Shown in pieces: positions 9,809 through 19,549 of a stretch of DNA of 64,000 bases. The first letter of the stretch is position 1; every line of letters begins with the position of its first letter. The DNA lies in the sequence record OU509535.1. One strand, given 5' to 3'. A program made the position numbers and the translations under genes. The notes beneath the pieces were generated by a model. It was given only the letters and a program-made list of their open reading frames with translations, did not search any database and was not told the DNA's origin.

Positions 9809-10305
9809 TGAATAGTGAATATAAAAAATCTAAACACATCACGGATTCGTTGGTAAAATTAATCAAATCAATACTGAATGGTGCAATCGATGGACGACTA
9901 ATCTATGATGACAGTGATGACACCATTAATGTTACATTAAAATCCAACAAAAAAAGTTATAGAAATCTATTTACTACTGGGTGGTATTATAGTGAGTACT
10001 TACTTGAAGACAACTCTTCATTGGGATATTCAGAAACTAATTATTTTGCTTTTGACCCAAATGATAGTTCTCTTGTTGTGACTATTCGACAATGTAATGG
10101 TAAAAGAACAAGAGAGAAAATTAATACATCTGGACTTAATATAGATACAGAAGAAGGGTGGTTCCAGTACAGTACTTTATATAATGATACTGAACTATTT
10201 TCTATTATGTTATGGTGTGCATTTAAGAAAGAAAACTTCCCATCATGTTTAGTGGAATTTTCAGAATTTTTCAAATATTTGGAAGAAACAAATGATATTA
10301 TCTGA
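9808..10305 (+). CDS. FQYST-family protein
   Basis: TEEGWFQYSTLY. Confidence 0.8.
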   Translation: MNSEYKKSKHITDSLVKLIKSILNGAIDGRLIYDDSDDTINVTLKSNKKSYRNLFTTGWYYSEYLLEDNSSLGYSETNYFAFDPNDSSLVVTIRQCNGKRTREKINTSGLNIDTEEGWFQYSTLYNDTELFSIMLWCAFKKENFPSCLVEFSEFFKYLEETNDII

Positions 10306-10873
10306 TATCAAATCTTTTGGTACTGAACTGGATGTAATTAAAAATATCATTATTAAGATGATTGAAATTCACAGAACTAAAAGACGATGTACGTCTTTTA
10401 GCGAAGAAGGTTTTGAACTTGAGCGTGGATTGTTTCATATTGATTTGATGATTAGTGATTATGAATGTATTTTTAGTTTAAGAAACGATTCGTCTCAAAT
10501 GAAAAATACTGGGATTGATTTATCCATTATTCCACATCATCAAATTATACTTGGTGGTTCTGGAAACGTATACATTTCACCCTTCGAATCTGGATTTAGT
10601 AGAAGTATAGCTTTACCAAAAAATGAAGGTAGTGAACCTTACATTTTAATTAACGATGATGCACTTGATGAATGGAAATTTCAGTTAAGTACATTATATG
10701 ATCCAATAATCGTTGATATAATCAACCTAGAAGAAGAACTAAGAGAGCACTTAGCCTCTTTGGAGCACAACAATAATGTATATGCACCTTTGTTATTGGT
10801 TGTTGATTTAAAATGTTTAGAAAAGAAAAAACACGATTTGAATTCTATGCTTGAATTTTTAGAGAACATATAA
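10292..10873 (+). CDS. FQYST-family protein
   Basis: LDEWKFQLSTLY. Confidence 0.8.
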   Translation: MILSDIKSFGTELDVIKNIIIKMIEIHRTKRRCTSFSEEGFELERGLFHIDLMISDYECIFSLRNDSSQMKNTGIDLSIIPHHQIILGGSGNVYISPFESGFSRSIALPKNEGSEPYILINDDALDEWKFQLSTLYDPIIVDIINLEEELREHLASLEHNNNVYAPLLLVVDLKCLEKKKHDLNSMLEFLENI

Positions 10874-10876
10874 AAC

Positions 10877-11485
10877 ATGAAATTAGAATATTTCCCAAAT
10901 TTAGAATACAAACATTGTATTGCTTATTCAATGTTTGTGGAAGATTTAATTAATGCATTACATGATTCAGAAATACGAAGAGAATGTGGAATTATAAGAA
11001 TAGAAAATAATAGATTTTATATCAACACTGGAATTAGAAAAATAGATCTGGATATATTAAGTGTAGATACAACCTCTACACCAACATTGATTTCTTCCAG
11101 AGTTGGTAATTTCGAATTTTACTGGACTCACTGTTATGAATTCAATAAAGATTCTAAACATGATTTTATGATAGATGGTGATTTGTGCGAAAAAATTAAG
11201 TACAGTTGTGACTATACAGAAGAAATGTTCTTTCAAAACAGCTTATTATACAAAAACTGTGATTTGTTTTATATTATATTGTTCAATTATTTAAAATGTA
11301 ATTTAAATCATTCATTCTGTATGGCATCTGCACCCATCCCTGAAGATTTTTTTAAATTAATTCCAAAATTACTTTACATTGCTACAGAAAAGGGGTATTA
11401 TGGTGATCTGTTAGAGTTGATGAAAAATATTCATCCAAATAACAACGATAAAAGTTCATATCTATCAGGATTTATCAATCTATGA
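10877..11485 (+). CDS. FQYST-family protein
   Basis: TEEMFFQNSLLY. Confidence 0.8.
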   Translation: MKLEYFPNLEYKHCIAYSMFVEDLINALHDSEIRRECGIIRIENNRFYINTGIRKIDLDILSVDTTSTPTLISSRVGNFEFYWTHCYEFNKDSKHDFMIDGDLCEKIKYSCDYTEEMFFQNSLLYKNCDLFYIILFNYLKCNLNHSFCMASAPIPEDFFKLIPKLLYIATEKGYYGDLLELMKNIHPNNNDKSSYLSGFINL

Positions 11486-12045
11486 CATACGAAGAATACA
11501 AAAAGACAATACCAGTACTCGCTGAAATTGTTTCATTACTAAAAAATCATCTAAGTAAAAGAACCATATACAACGATAGATTCTTCACCTTACCCAAATC
11601 CAATTTTTATATAAAACAAATCAATGATGCTGATATTGACATAAGAATTTCAAAAAATAGTGATTCCATTATTCGCGTTGCAAAAGAATCTCAGTGTTTT
11701 GATGGAGAGATCCCTATGTTACTTCGTCAGTTCGGTGATGTATATTGTTCATCCAGAAAACACCCAGGGTACATTAAAATATATTCAAGTGAAAGTGACA
11801 TAGATTTACTGGATGTTGACTGCCAAGAAGAGCAATTATTTCAATACAGTACAATTCTTTCTAATATAGATCTTATCGTACTTGAACTTGAGTTAGAACT
11901 TCAAAAAGTACTGGACGAAAATGTTTACTGTGTAATTACATTATTCTATGATAATGATTACTACAGTGAATGTGCTTCATACAATGATTATGTAAATCTA
12001 CGAGATGATTTAAAAGATGAAAAAAGAACATGGGAACATTATTAA
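11482..12045 (+). CDS. FQYST-family protein
   Basis: QEEQLFQYSTIL. Confidence 0.8.
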   Translation: MTYEEYKKTIPVLAEIVSLLKNHLSKRTIYNDRFFTLPKSNFYIKQINDADIDIRISKNSDSIIRVAKESQCFDGEIPMLLRQFGDVYCSSRKHPGYIKIYSSESDIDLLDVDCQEEQLFQYSTILSNIDLIVLELELELQKVLDENVYCVITLFYDNDYYSECASYNDYVNLRDDLKDEKRTWEHY

Positions 12046-12601
12046 TAACTTAAAAGTTATTAAAGAATTAAGCACTGCTATGATTTTGTTGTACAAAAAT
12101 ACAGACAAAATTAATGCTGATAATTATATTCTAAGTACAACAAGATTAAATCCATACGAAAATGGGACATTGTACTTGAGATCAAAAGCATCTCAAAATA
12201 TCATTGGAATTATGAATGAATCAGTTTGCTTGGAAGAATATGCACACAAAGATGAAGAGGTACCTGGTAATTACAGGGTTATTATACGAGATTCGGCATT
12301 CTTCTTATGTAGTCCGATGAATCCATTTTTCAATAAAATATATGCTGATTTTAATTATACAAATGGTGTTGAAACTTTTCCTATTCCCAGTGAAGATACA
12401 TGGGAAGAAGAGATGTTTCAACTATCATTAGTAGTACCAAATATGGTATGTTCCGAAGTACTGGAATTATATAAAGAAATACACAATAATATTGAAAGTC
12501 ATTTTTATATTTCATATGAATATGAAAATTATGATACCACATTATTAAAAGATGCATTAAATGACGTTAAAAAATTTATCAAGCACTACATCAACAAATG
12601 A
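12017..12601 (+). CDS. FQYST-family protein
   Basis: WEEEMFQLSLVV. Confidence 0.8.
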   Translation: MKKEHGNIINNLKVIKELSTAMILLYKNTDKINADNYILSTTRLNPYENGTLYLRSKASQNIIGIMNESVCLEEYAHKDEEVPGNYRVIIRDSAFFLCSPMNPFFNKIYADFNYTNGVETFPIPSEDTWEEEMFQLSLVVPNMVCSEVLELYKEIHNNIESHFYISYEYENYDTTLLKDALNDVKKFIKHYINK

Positions 12602-13139
12602 TACTGAAATGTACTTATTGTACAAAAATATTTTACTTGAATTAAAAAGATTGTTGCATACTGATAATGTACGCGATAATTATCTACATCAAGATATAAA
12701 TGGTGAAATTTATTGTATAATTTCTGATGGTAAAATCGCATTATATGCTAATTCCGAAAATATAGCATTCACTTATGTTTTATTTGCTTATTCGTTTAAT
12801 TCACCAAATTACGTATCAGAAAAATATAGAGTAGAATATGATTCATATGTATACCTTGATCGTGATAATTCAACTAATGAATATATGATTAATCACGAAA
12901 CAAATAATATCATCCAATTGATTAAAGAAAATGAGTTGAGTTCAGATGAATTAGAAAGTTTATTATTCCAACACAATACATTGCATTCAGATGAAGATAA
13001 ATTTTGTATTTGGATGGATTATTATATCAGAGATTACATTGAAGATAAACATTATTTCTGTGTAAACTATAACAAATTAAATGAATTCAGTACTGATATA
13101 TATGAAAATATTCTATTGGAATTAAAGAAATATGATTGA
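12561..13139 (+). CDS. FQYST-family protein
   Basis: LESLLFQHNTLH; start uncertain (12561/12609). Confidence 0.75.
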   Translation: MTLKNLSSTTSTNDTEMYLLYKNILLELKRLLHTDNVRDNYLHQDINGEIYCIISDGKIALYANSENIAFTYVLFAYSFNSPNYVSEKYRVEYDSYVYLDRDNSTNEYMINHETNNIIQLIKENELSSDELESLLFQHNTLHSDEDKFCIWMDYYIRDYIEDKHYFCVNYNKLNEFSTDIYENILLELKKYD

Positions 13140-13743
13140 ATTAAAATTTAAAATACAAGAACTAAAAGAACTGGTAATTCACTTAAAGAATGTAAATGAT
13201 AAATTCCATCTCTCAGAAAATTTCATGATTTATATTCCAGGTACCGAATCAACACTCATTCACGAAATGTCAACAAAAGGGATATATTCCAATATTACAT
13301 TGAAATCAAGAGATTACAAAACTAATATCTATTACAACACCATCTCTTTAATCAGGAGTTCAGATCCCTCTGAAGAACGTATCAGGAAATCTAAAACAGT
13401 AGGTTCAATTTATAGTAGTTCATGTAATATATATTCTTTATCCGATAATACCAAAATGCAGATTGGTATATATGAAAACTATCATAGAAAGTGTGATACC
13501 AGTGAAAATGGAACTATTGAATTGCCTGATTATGTAAAAGATTCTGATGAATTTGAAGCATTATTATTTCAATACAGTACAGAGAGTGATATTAAGTACA
13601 ACAGATTATTAAAAATGCGTATCATAAAAGAAATATATGATGTACTTCAATATGAAGAAATATCAATCGATGATACATTATTTGATTTGGATTCAAATGA
13701 TTTGAAAACAATTATACAGGAATTGAAATTAAAATTATGCTAA
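13132..13743 (+). CDS. FQYST-family protein
   Basis: FEALLFQYSTES. Confidence 0.8.
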   Translation: MIELKFKIQELKELVIHLKNVNDKFHLSENFMIYIPGTESTLIHEMSTKGIYSNITLKSRDYKTNIYYNTISLIRSSDPSEERIRKSKTVGSIYSSSCNIYSLSDNTKMQIGIYENYHRKCDTSENGTIELPDYVKDSDEFEALLFQYSTESDIKYNRLLKMRIIKEIYDVLQYEEISIDDTLFDLDSNDLKTIIQELKLKLC

Positions 13744-14300
13744 CATTGTCCGAAATTCTGGAATACGATAATAAAATTATCAATCTCTTGGGTGATATAT
13801 ACTTTGAATTCAACAAAAAAGAAGATAAAAACACCAATAAAGCCACTATACTGAAAGTAAATGATAGTGAATTAGTTGTATTAGAAAATAATCTTCATTT
13901 TTATTCTGTTGTACTTAAAGTGTATAATGGTATGTCAGAAACTCCGTGGTATATGGTGAAAAACACAGATGATTATGATACATTTCGTGGTATTAAACCA
14001 TTCATCAACGAGTATGGTATTTTTTGTACTGCAAATGATTACGATGTATTATATGATGAATACGATCAATTCGGTACTGTTCATAACGTATTCACAGAAG
14101 AACAATATTCCTGTATAGAAAGTACTGCTTTTCAGTTAAGTACAGAGTTTGATTTACAAGTAGTAAGAGCATTAGCAATGCAAACCAATTTGTATTACAA
14201 CAAAAGACACTATCAAATAATGTGTAATACAAAAATCCAGGATCATTTATATAATCCAAAATTAATTTTAAATCTAGAAAAATATCTGGAAACACTATGA
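13737..14300 (+). CDS. FQYST-family protein
   Basis: IESTAFQLSTEF. Confidence 0.8.
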   Translation: MLTLSEILEYDNKIINLLGDIYFEFNKKEDKNTNKATILKVNDSELVVLENNLHFYSVVLKVYNGMSETPWYMVKNTDDYDTFRGIKPFINEYGIFCTANDYDVLYDEYDQFGTVHNVFTEEQYSCIESTAFQLSTEFDLQVVRALAMQTNLYYNKRHYQIMCNTKIQDHLYNPKLILNLEKYLETL

Positions 14301-14788
14301 AAGAAATTATTGAATTAATAGAATTGATGCAGTCAAGTATAAGTTCATGTAAACTTGCAACCGGTGAACATAATTTGAATGCTGATTTTGATTTAGTAGT
14401 CAATAATCAAAAGAAATGTATTCACTTGATTAAAAAATCCAGTACTAAAGCAATCAAACATACAGCACTCATGATAGCTTCTTCACATCCTGCTAAAAAA
14501 TATAATTCAAATATTGCTAATATAAGTTCACTGTACAAACCAGAAAGTACATCTTCATATATCAGTTCAATTAAAAGTGAATTAGATTTTCATAAATGCA
14601 CTTTGGCTTCTTATGAAGAATTAGAATTTCAGTACAGTACGGTGATTACACGAAGTGATATTTTTATAATTCAATGCTTGTTATATTCAATTGATTTTAA
14701 AGATATTGTGTACATGACAAATGATTTTATGAAATATAATTATATTGAAATACTCAGATCATTAAAGGACAAATTATGCCAAAATTAG
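14297..14788 (+). CDS. FQYST-family protein
   Basis: YEELEFQYSTVI. Confidence 0.8.
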   Translation: MKEIIELIELMQSSISSCKLATGEHNLNADFDLVVNNQKKCIHLIKKSSTKAIKHTALMIASSHPAKKYNSNIANISSLYKPESTSSYISSIKSELDFHKCTLASYEELEFQYSTVITRSDIFIIQCLLYSIDFKDIVYMTNDFMKYNYIEILRSLKDKLCQN

Positions 14789-15369
14789 ATGCACAGTACT
14801 GTGATAAATTACTGAATGCATTGATTACTATACAGAAGAATATAAAAAAAGAAAAGAGTATTCAAATTTACTATAATGACAGTTATATTCTCGTACAATG
14901 CAACCCAGATGGTAATTACGTAGAGTTCAGTTTTAAGAAAGAAGATGTTCATGATTGCATTAGTATTGATTTGCATGAAGCAACACCACATCAAAGTTTA
15001 AAAAATATTATTAAAGCATATAAAAGAACTACTTATGCATTTGACACTTTAGTTCACAGATATAAAACATTTTATTGTATGTTTGATACAGACGAATATG
15101 ATTTCAATTTAGTAGGATTTGATGAAAATAACATCATTAACATTCCTTATGATTTTGATGATGAATTATATTTTCAGTACAGTACTTTATATAGTTTACC
15201 ACCACAGAGTGATCTTGAGCTTCACAAAAGTATTCATAAAAAATGCAAAAATGAACTACCAAATAAAAGTGTAGTTAGAATTTCATATCTATCCATCGAA
15301 TTAGATCAAAACGAAATGGATGAAATTTTGGAATCTTTGTATTCATTGGTTCCTGTGTTTAAGCATTAA
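14776..15369 (+). CDS. FQYST-family protein
   Basis: DDELYFQYSTLY. Confidence 0.8.
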   Translation: MPKLDAQYCDKLLNALITIQKNIKKEKSIQIYYNDSYILVQCNPDGNYVEFSFKKEDVHDCISIDLHEATPHQSLKNIIKAYKRTTYAFDTLVHRYKTFYCMFDTDEYDFNLVGFDENNIINIPYDFDDELYFQYSTLYSLPPQSDLELHKSIHKKCKNELPNKSVVRISYLSIELDQNEMDEILESLYSLVPVFKH

Positions 15370-15372
15370 AAT

Positions 15373-15393
15373 CCCCTTGACTGGGGTTTTTTT
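15373..15393 (+). terminator. Weak intrinsic terminator overlapping a promoter -35
   Basis: CCCC-ttgact-GGGG then T7. Confidence 0.55.
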
Positions 15394-15405
15394 ATTTGTT
15401 ATAAT
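15377..15405 (+). promoter_or_regulatory. sigma70-type promoter
   Basis: TTGACT-17 nt-TATAAT. Confidence 0.75.
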
Positions 15406-15425
15406 AAAAAAATAGAGAATATAAA

Positions 15426-16052
15426 ATGAAAAAAGAATCATATAACATACTTCGTGTATGTGAAAATTTAATATTATTACTACTGTCTTATAAGAAAAAT
15501 GTAAATTTAAGCATGAAAATTCTTGATTATCATATTAATATTAATATTGCATGTAGTACTCATATTTCAATATATTTAAATATTAGTAATTTTGGTTCTA
15601 TTACAACCACATCATCCAATATCATTTCATTTAATGCTGATAATATTCAACCAGTTGAATTAAATTTACCAATTGAAGATATTAAAGGTGAAATGATTTA
15701 TTTTGATGACCGATATTGTGAATATGATGTTAATAGTCCGAATTTAGTCGGAGCGTATTTAAAAAAATATGATCCTGATATTGATGGATACAATGAAACA
15801 AACTGTCATGAAGTAATGGAAAGAACGTATGATGAATGGGCTTTTCAGTACAGTACATTATATGATTTTGTTCCAGATAAAGAAGATTATTTTTACTTGA
15901 AAAATTTCATGCATAAATTGGGTAACGAATTCGATTATACATATTCAAATATTTTATTTGAATCAAAAGTGGATATTGTGAATCTAAAATCTGCAATTGA
16001 TATATGTACCGAAACTGTTAAAAGGAAGATTGATGAAAACTCCGATATTTGA
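15426..16052 (+). CDS. FQYST-family protein
   Basis: YDEWAFQYSTLY. Confidence 0.8.
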   Translation: MKKESYNILRVCENLILLLLSYKKNVNLSMKILDYHININIACSTHISIYLNISNFGSITTTSSNIISFNADNIQPVELNLPIEDIKGEMIYFDDRYCEYDVNSPNLVGAYLKKYDPDIDGYNETNCHEVMERTYDEWAFQYSTLYDFVPDKEDYFYLKNFMHKLGNEFDYTYSNILFESKVDIVNLKSAIDICTETVKRKIDENSDI

Positions 16053-16548
16053 AAAATCAAAGAAATATGCACAACGTATATCTGATTGTATTGAACTTAT
16101 ACAATTTATGAGAAAAACTTTTTACGTAAATCACAAAGGTTCTTTTCGATATCAACATGAAAATAATGGACTTATTACCATGAGCAGAGGCAAATCACCC
16201 TTTGGTGAGGTTATATTAACATATGTACCAGATAATATTCATATTCCGTTCAATGATAATTATCTAATAGAAATATCAAATTATATTCCAGTACTAGATT
16301 ATACAGAAGAAACCGAATTTCAATATAGTACTTTGTATAATAATGAAGAATTGTTAATGCATTATATATATTCCATTCTATGGAATTTGAACATCAAAGG
16401 GAAAATTTATATAAACCAAAATATAAATTTAAGAACATATACAATGGCATTGAAAAATATCAATAGTTATTTTCAGGACACAAATTATAATTTATATAAA
16501 GAATTGTGTAATAAAAAATTCAAATCAATGGAAATAAACTACTTATGA
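16033..16548 (+). CDS. FQYST-family protein
   Basis: AAGGAAG upstream of ATG16033; TEETEFQYSTLY. Confidence 0.8.
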   Translation: MKTPIFEKSKKYAQRISDCIELIQFMRKTFYVNHKGSFRYQHENNGLITMSRGKSPFGEVILTYVPDNIHIPFNDNYLIEISNYIPVLDYTEETEFQYSTLYNNEELLMHYIYSILWNLNIKGKIYINQNINLRTYTMALKNINSYFQDTNYNLYKELCNKKFKSMEINYL

Positions 16549-17129
16549 TTGAAAGATATGAGTTTAGTACAAGAATATTAAATGAAGCACTCAAAAAAGT
16601 GCCATCAATTGTGGAAAAACATAGTAAATTATATTCTAAGTACAATAGTAATAGTACATTCAATGTTGGTATTAAAAATCAGAATTATGAAACTAACATT
16701 GATGATAGTTCCATTGAATATGGTTCAGCAAATGGTTCTTCATGGACAATTGAATTTGACAATTCACTCCATGATTATTATAACTGGACACCAGAATATA
16801 ATGAATTTAGCTTTAATACATCATCTGTTGCTTTTTTGGTTAGTAGTGAACATATGTTGTACGCTCTTTATGATTTTAATACTGAAATTTTTATAATCGA
16901 AGACACCGATTTATCTTTTGAAGTAAATTGCATAGATTCGCTACGTGAAATGATTTTTACATTACAACTGGAGTACTCAGATATTATTGAGACTGAATTA
17001 CTATGGAGTATGCTATCACCGATGATTGAGTTTAAAAAGCTGTTGACACCTGACAAAGATGTTGCTATTATATTTGAACCATATAGACAAGAGTTTTTAG
17101 AATTAAACCCAGAGATACCAAACGTATGA
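16545..17129 (+). CDS. Hypothetical protein, possibly divergent FQYST member
   Basis: LREMIFTLQLEY at the equivalent position. Confidence 0.7.
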   Translation: MIERYEFSTRILNEALKKVPSIVEKHSKLYSKYNSNSTFNVGIKNQNYETNIDDSSIEYGSANGSSWTIEFDNSLHDYYNWTPEYNEFSFNTSSVAFLVSSEHMLYALYDFNTEIFIIEDTDLSFEVNCIDSLREMIFTLQLEYSDIIETELLWSMLSPMIEFKKLLTPDKDVAIIFEPYRQEFLELNPEIPNV

Positions 17130-17536
17130 TTCTATATCACTGTAGTACTGTAAAAATTGACAGCTTTTATATCCCCTTTGGTGGCTTACATTTTGGTGGT
17201 ATTAATAGTGCTTTAGAAGCGGCGTTACGTAAGCTGAGAAGCCCACGAAACACGTTGGATCACAAGGAGATACATATCCATAAATGTTTCGTGGAACTCG
17301 GTAAAACACAGCACAGTGAGGATTTGGGTGGTGAGGATTCGTGGAGAGCGGTGATCGATGAATGCTCACGATTAGGATTTAATTCAGTACAATATAAGAA
17401 TGTATATGAACCTGATTCAGTACCTAGCTATATGATTTGGGACGCCAGTAGAGTAAAAATCATAGAAGTGGATTGTATTCATATGGATGACGCCGAACAA
17501 ATACTGGAAGAATTTTATGATTCATATTGTACTTAA
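17126..17536 (+). CDS. Putative ADP-ribosyltransferase-fold protein (polyvalent-protein-associated ART-like)
   Basis: LYHCS...GLHFG...AALRK at N-terminus and GFNSVQYKNVYE...SYMIWDASRVKI at C-terminus match the pattern I recall for this family; visibly higher GC than neighbours. Confidence 0.55.
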   Translation: MILYHCSTVKIDSFYIPFGGLHFGGINSALEAALRKLRSPRNTLDHKEIHIHKCFVELGKTQHSEDLGGEDSWRAVIDECSRLGFNSVQYKNVYEPDSVPSYMIWDASRVKIIEVDCIHMDDAEQILEEFYDSYCT

Positions 17537-17556
17537 ACTAATACAGGTAACGATTC

Positions 17557-18108
17557 ATGTCAGAACCAATAGAATATTTTAAAGCATGTTCTCGTTTGGT
17601 TAATTCAATTTCAAAGGATTTTTTATCAAGAAAACCAAAAGAGTATATTGATAACGTACTTGGATATAATTTTATATTATATTATGGTTTTAGTTCATTA
17701 AGAATTTCAGTTGATGATGAAAACGAAACACCAGTACTTACAATTTTTAATGTTGATTACATCACATGCAACCCAGAAGTATTTCATGAACCACATTGGT
17801 CTCTACATAATATAGTTAACAGTGGTATACAATGTGGTTTTGTGAAAAAAATTGACCACCGTTTTTATTCAGGTGATGAACTCATTGATCATGAGATTGA
17901 TTTTAGTTCCAAATTATTCTCTAATACTTTAACTGAAGAAGAATTTTTCCAGTACAGTACGGTACTGAAATTAAACACATTGGAATATTATCTGGAATGG
18001 AATAAAACTATAATGCAAGACAATTCAAATGAAAAAGTTGTTTGGCATTGGTATTATGGTGATTTCATTACAAAAGAAGCCATTGATGAATTATCAAAAA
18101 GAATATAA
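17557..18108 (+). CDS. FQYST-family protein
   Basis: TEEEFFQYSTVL. Confidence 0.8.
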   Translation: MSEPIEYFKACSRLVNSISKDFLSRKPKEYIDNVLGYNFILYYGFSSLRISVDDENETPVLTIFNVDYITCNPEVFHEPHWSLHNIVNSGIQCGFVKKIDHRFYSGDELIDHEIDFSSKLFSNTLTEEEFFQYSTVLKLNTLEYYLEWNKTIMQDNSNEKVVWHWYYGDFITKEAIDELSKRI

Positions 18109-18120
18109 TAAGGATTAAAA

Positions 18121-18609
18121 ATGATGCTTGACATTATCGGAAATTTAGATATAGTTAATCAAATCATTCAATCAGCAATTGATGATATTAAGAAGAAGGA
18201 GATTGAGGTACGATGGAATTTTTTATCGTCTGATATTGGATACCTTGTTGATATTAGTGAACCAACAAAGAAACAAATGGTTGTACAAATCAATGCACTA
18301 AGTAACAGGCAATCTCTCTGTAAATTTTATATTACAAAGAATGGTATAATTCTCAGATATAATAATAAATTGTTGTTTGAATACAAAAACAGTACTAAAA
18401 CATTCATTACAAATTTATTTGATGAACCATTTTATATTGATGATTTAGAAAGTACTTTCTTTACTCAAAGATGTTTAAATTCGTTTGGTTCACTGGATAA
18501 TATAGTATTTGATTATGATATCATGACTGAAACATTAAAGAAAACACAGGATTTATATTATGCCTACTTGGTGTTTACCCAAAAACGAGAAAATGCTAAC
18601 ACAGCCTGA
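18121..18609 (+). CDS. Hypothetical protein, possibly divergent FQYST member
   Basis: AAGGA SD; LESTFFTQRCL. Confidence 0.7.
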   Translation: MMLDIIGNLDIVNQIIQSAIDDIKKKEIEVRWNFLSSDIGYLVDISEPTKKQMVVQINALSNRQSLCKFYITKNGIILRYNNKLLFEYKNSTKTFITNLFDEPFYIDDLESTFFTQRCLNSFGSLDNIVFDYDIMTETLKKTQDLYYAYLVFTQKRENANTA

Positions 18610-19039
18610 CGATAGCGTATATAAGTGTATTGAGCATTTCGATTATTTTATTAATTCAAACAAAGAATTTATTGTGGTCGATTGTATACCATTGTATTTC
18701 ATTAAATCCGATTCAAATACAATCAAAGAATTTAATATGTACTATGGTAGTGAATTTATATCAATTAAATTAATCAATAAATGTTTGAAAAATTCTTATT
18801 CAATTGAAAGTTATTACAATGGAATATTTTTGCTCGGTATTAGTAATGAGTACATAAATTCAGTACTATTAAAATCAAACACAAATGAACCAGTTTATGC
18901 TGATCGAGAAGCATTCAATGAAATCGATTTCTTCCAGTATACATGTGGCGATGCTTATATACCATTACGCACCAATACGATGTGTTTAGTTAAAGATAAA
19001 TTGTTGGAGATTGAAAATGATTTCAAAAAATACTATTAA
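18593..19039 (+). CDS. Divergent FQYST-family protein
   Basis: FNEIDFFQYTC. Confidence 0.7.
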   Translation: MLTQPDDSVYKCIEHFDYFINSNKEFIVVDCIPLYFIKSDSNTIKEFNMYYGSEFISIKLINKCLKNSYSIESYYNGIFLLGISNEYINSVLLKSNTNEPVYADREAFNEIDFFQYTCGDAYIPLRTNTMCLVKDKLLEIENDFKKYY

Positions 19040-19508
19040 AACTGGAATGCAATGTTTGATTGATTATTTTGAAAATCCAAAACCATACACTGAGGTACTG
19101 AAAGGTGATCACACATTTCATTACTACGGTGATGATATTCAGATTATAGTTGGATTTCATACATTAAAACTTTGTATTATTGATAATAAAAATTCAAATT
19201 GTTTTATTTTCTCTCCAGTAAAAATGCGAGAAGATGATATTTGCACCGAATTCGGTACTATTGTTGCTGTAATTGATGATGATGGTAGAAAAACACATGT
19301 ATACGATACACTATTCATTGAAAGTTCTACTTTGTTTCAATTGAGTTTAATTCATGATATTAATATTGATGGATTGGATATATTGATGTATAAGTATGGC
19401 GAATTACTTGAATTACTAGGGAAATCTAAAATTAATCACAATACTAAATACATTAAAGAAGCATGTGAAAATTTATCAAAAGCTCACGTGCAATACTCTA
19501 ACGAATAA
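19017..19508 (+). CDS. FQYST-family protein
   Basis: GGAG SD before ATG19017; IESSTLFQLSLIHD. Confidence 0.75.
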   Translation: MISKNTIKTGMQCLIDYFENPKPYTEVLKGDHTFHYYGDDIQIIVGFHTLKLCIIDNKNSNCFIFSPVKMREDDICTEFGTIVAVIDDDGRKTHVYDTLFIESSTLFQLSLIHDINIDGLDILMYKYGELLELLGKSKINHNTKYIKEACENLSKAHVQYSNE

Positions 19509-19510
19509 GA

Positions 19511-19535
19511 CACTTCAGGAAGAAGTGCATTTTTT
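19511..19535 (+). terminator. Probable intrinsic terminator
   Basis: CACTTC-aggaa-GAAGTG then CATTTTTT. Confidence 0.5.
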
Positions 19536-19549
19536 GGAAAGGATGCCCC

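Noticed and set aside
5496-19508. CRISPR array or diversity-generating retroelement as an explanation for the repeated CAGTACAGTAC
   Set aside because: The repeats are only 11-14 bp, in-frame within intact genes 400-600 bp apart. No cas genes, reverse transcriptase or template/variable repeat pair in the window.
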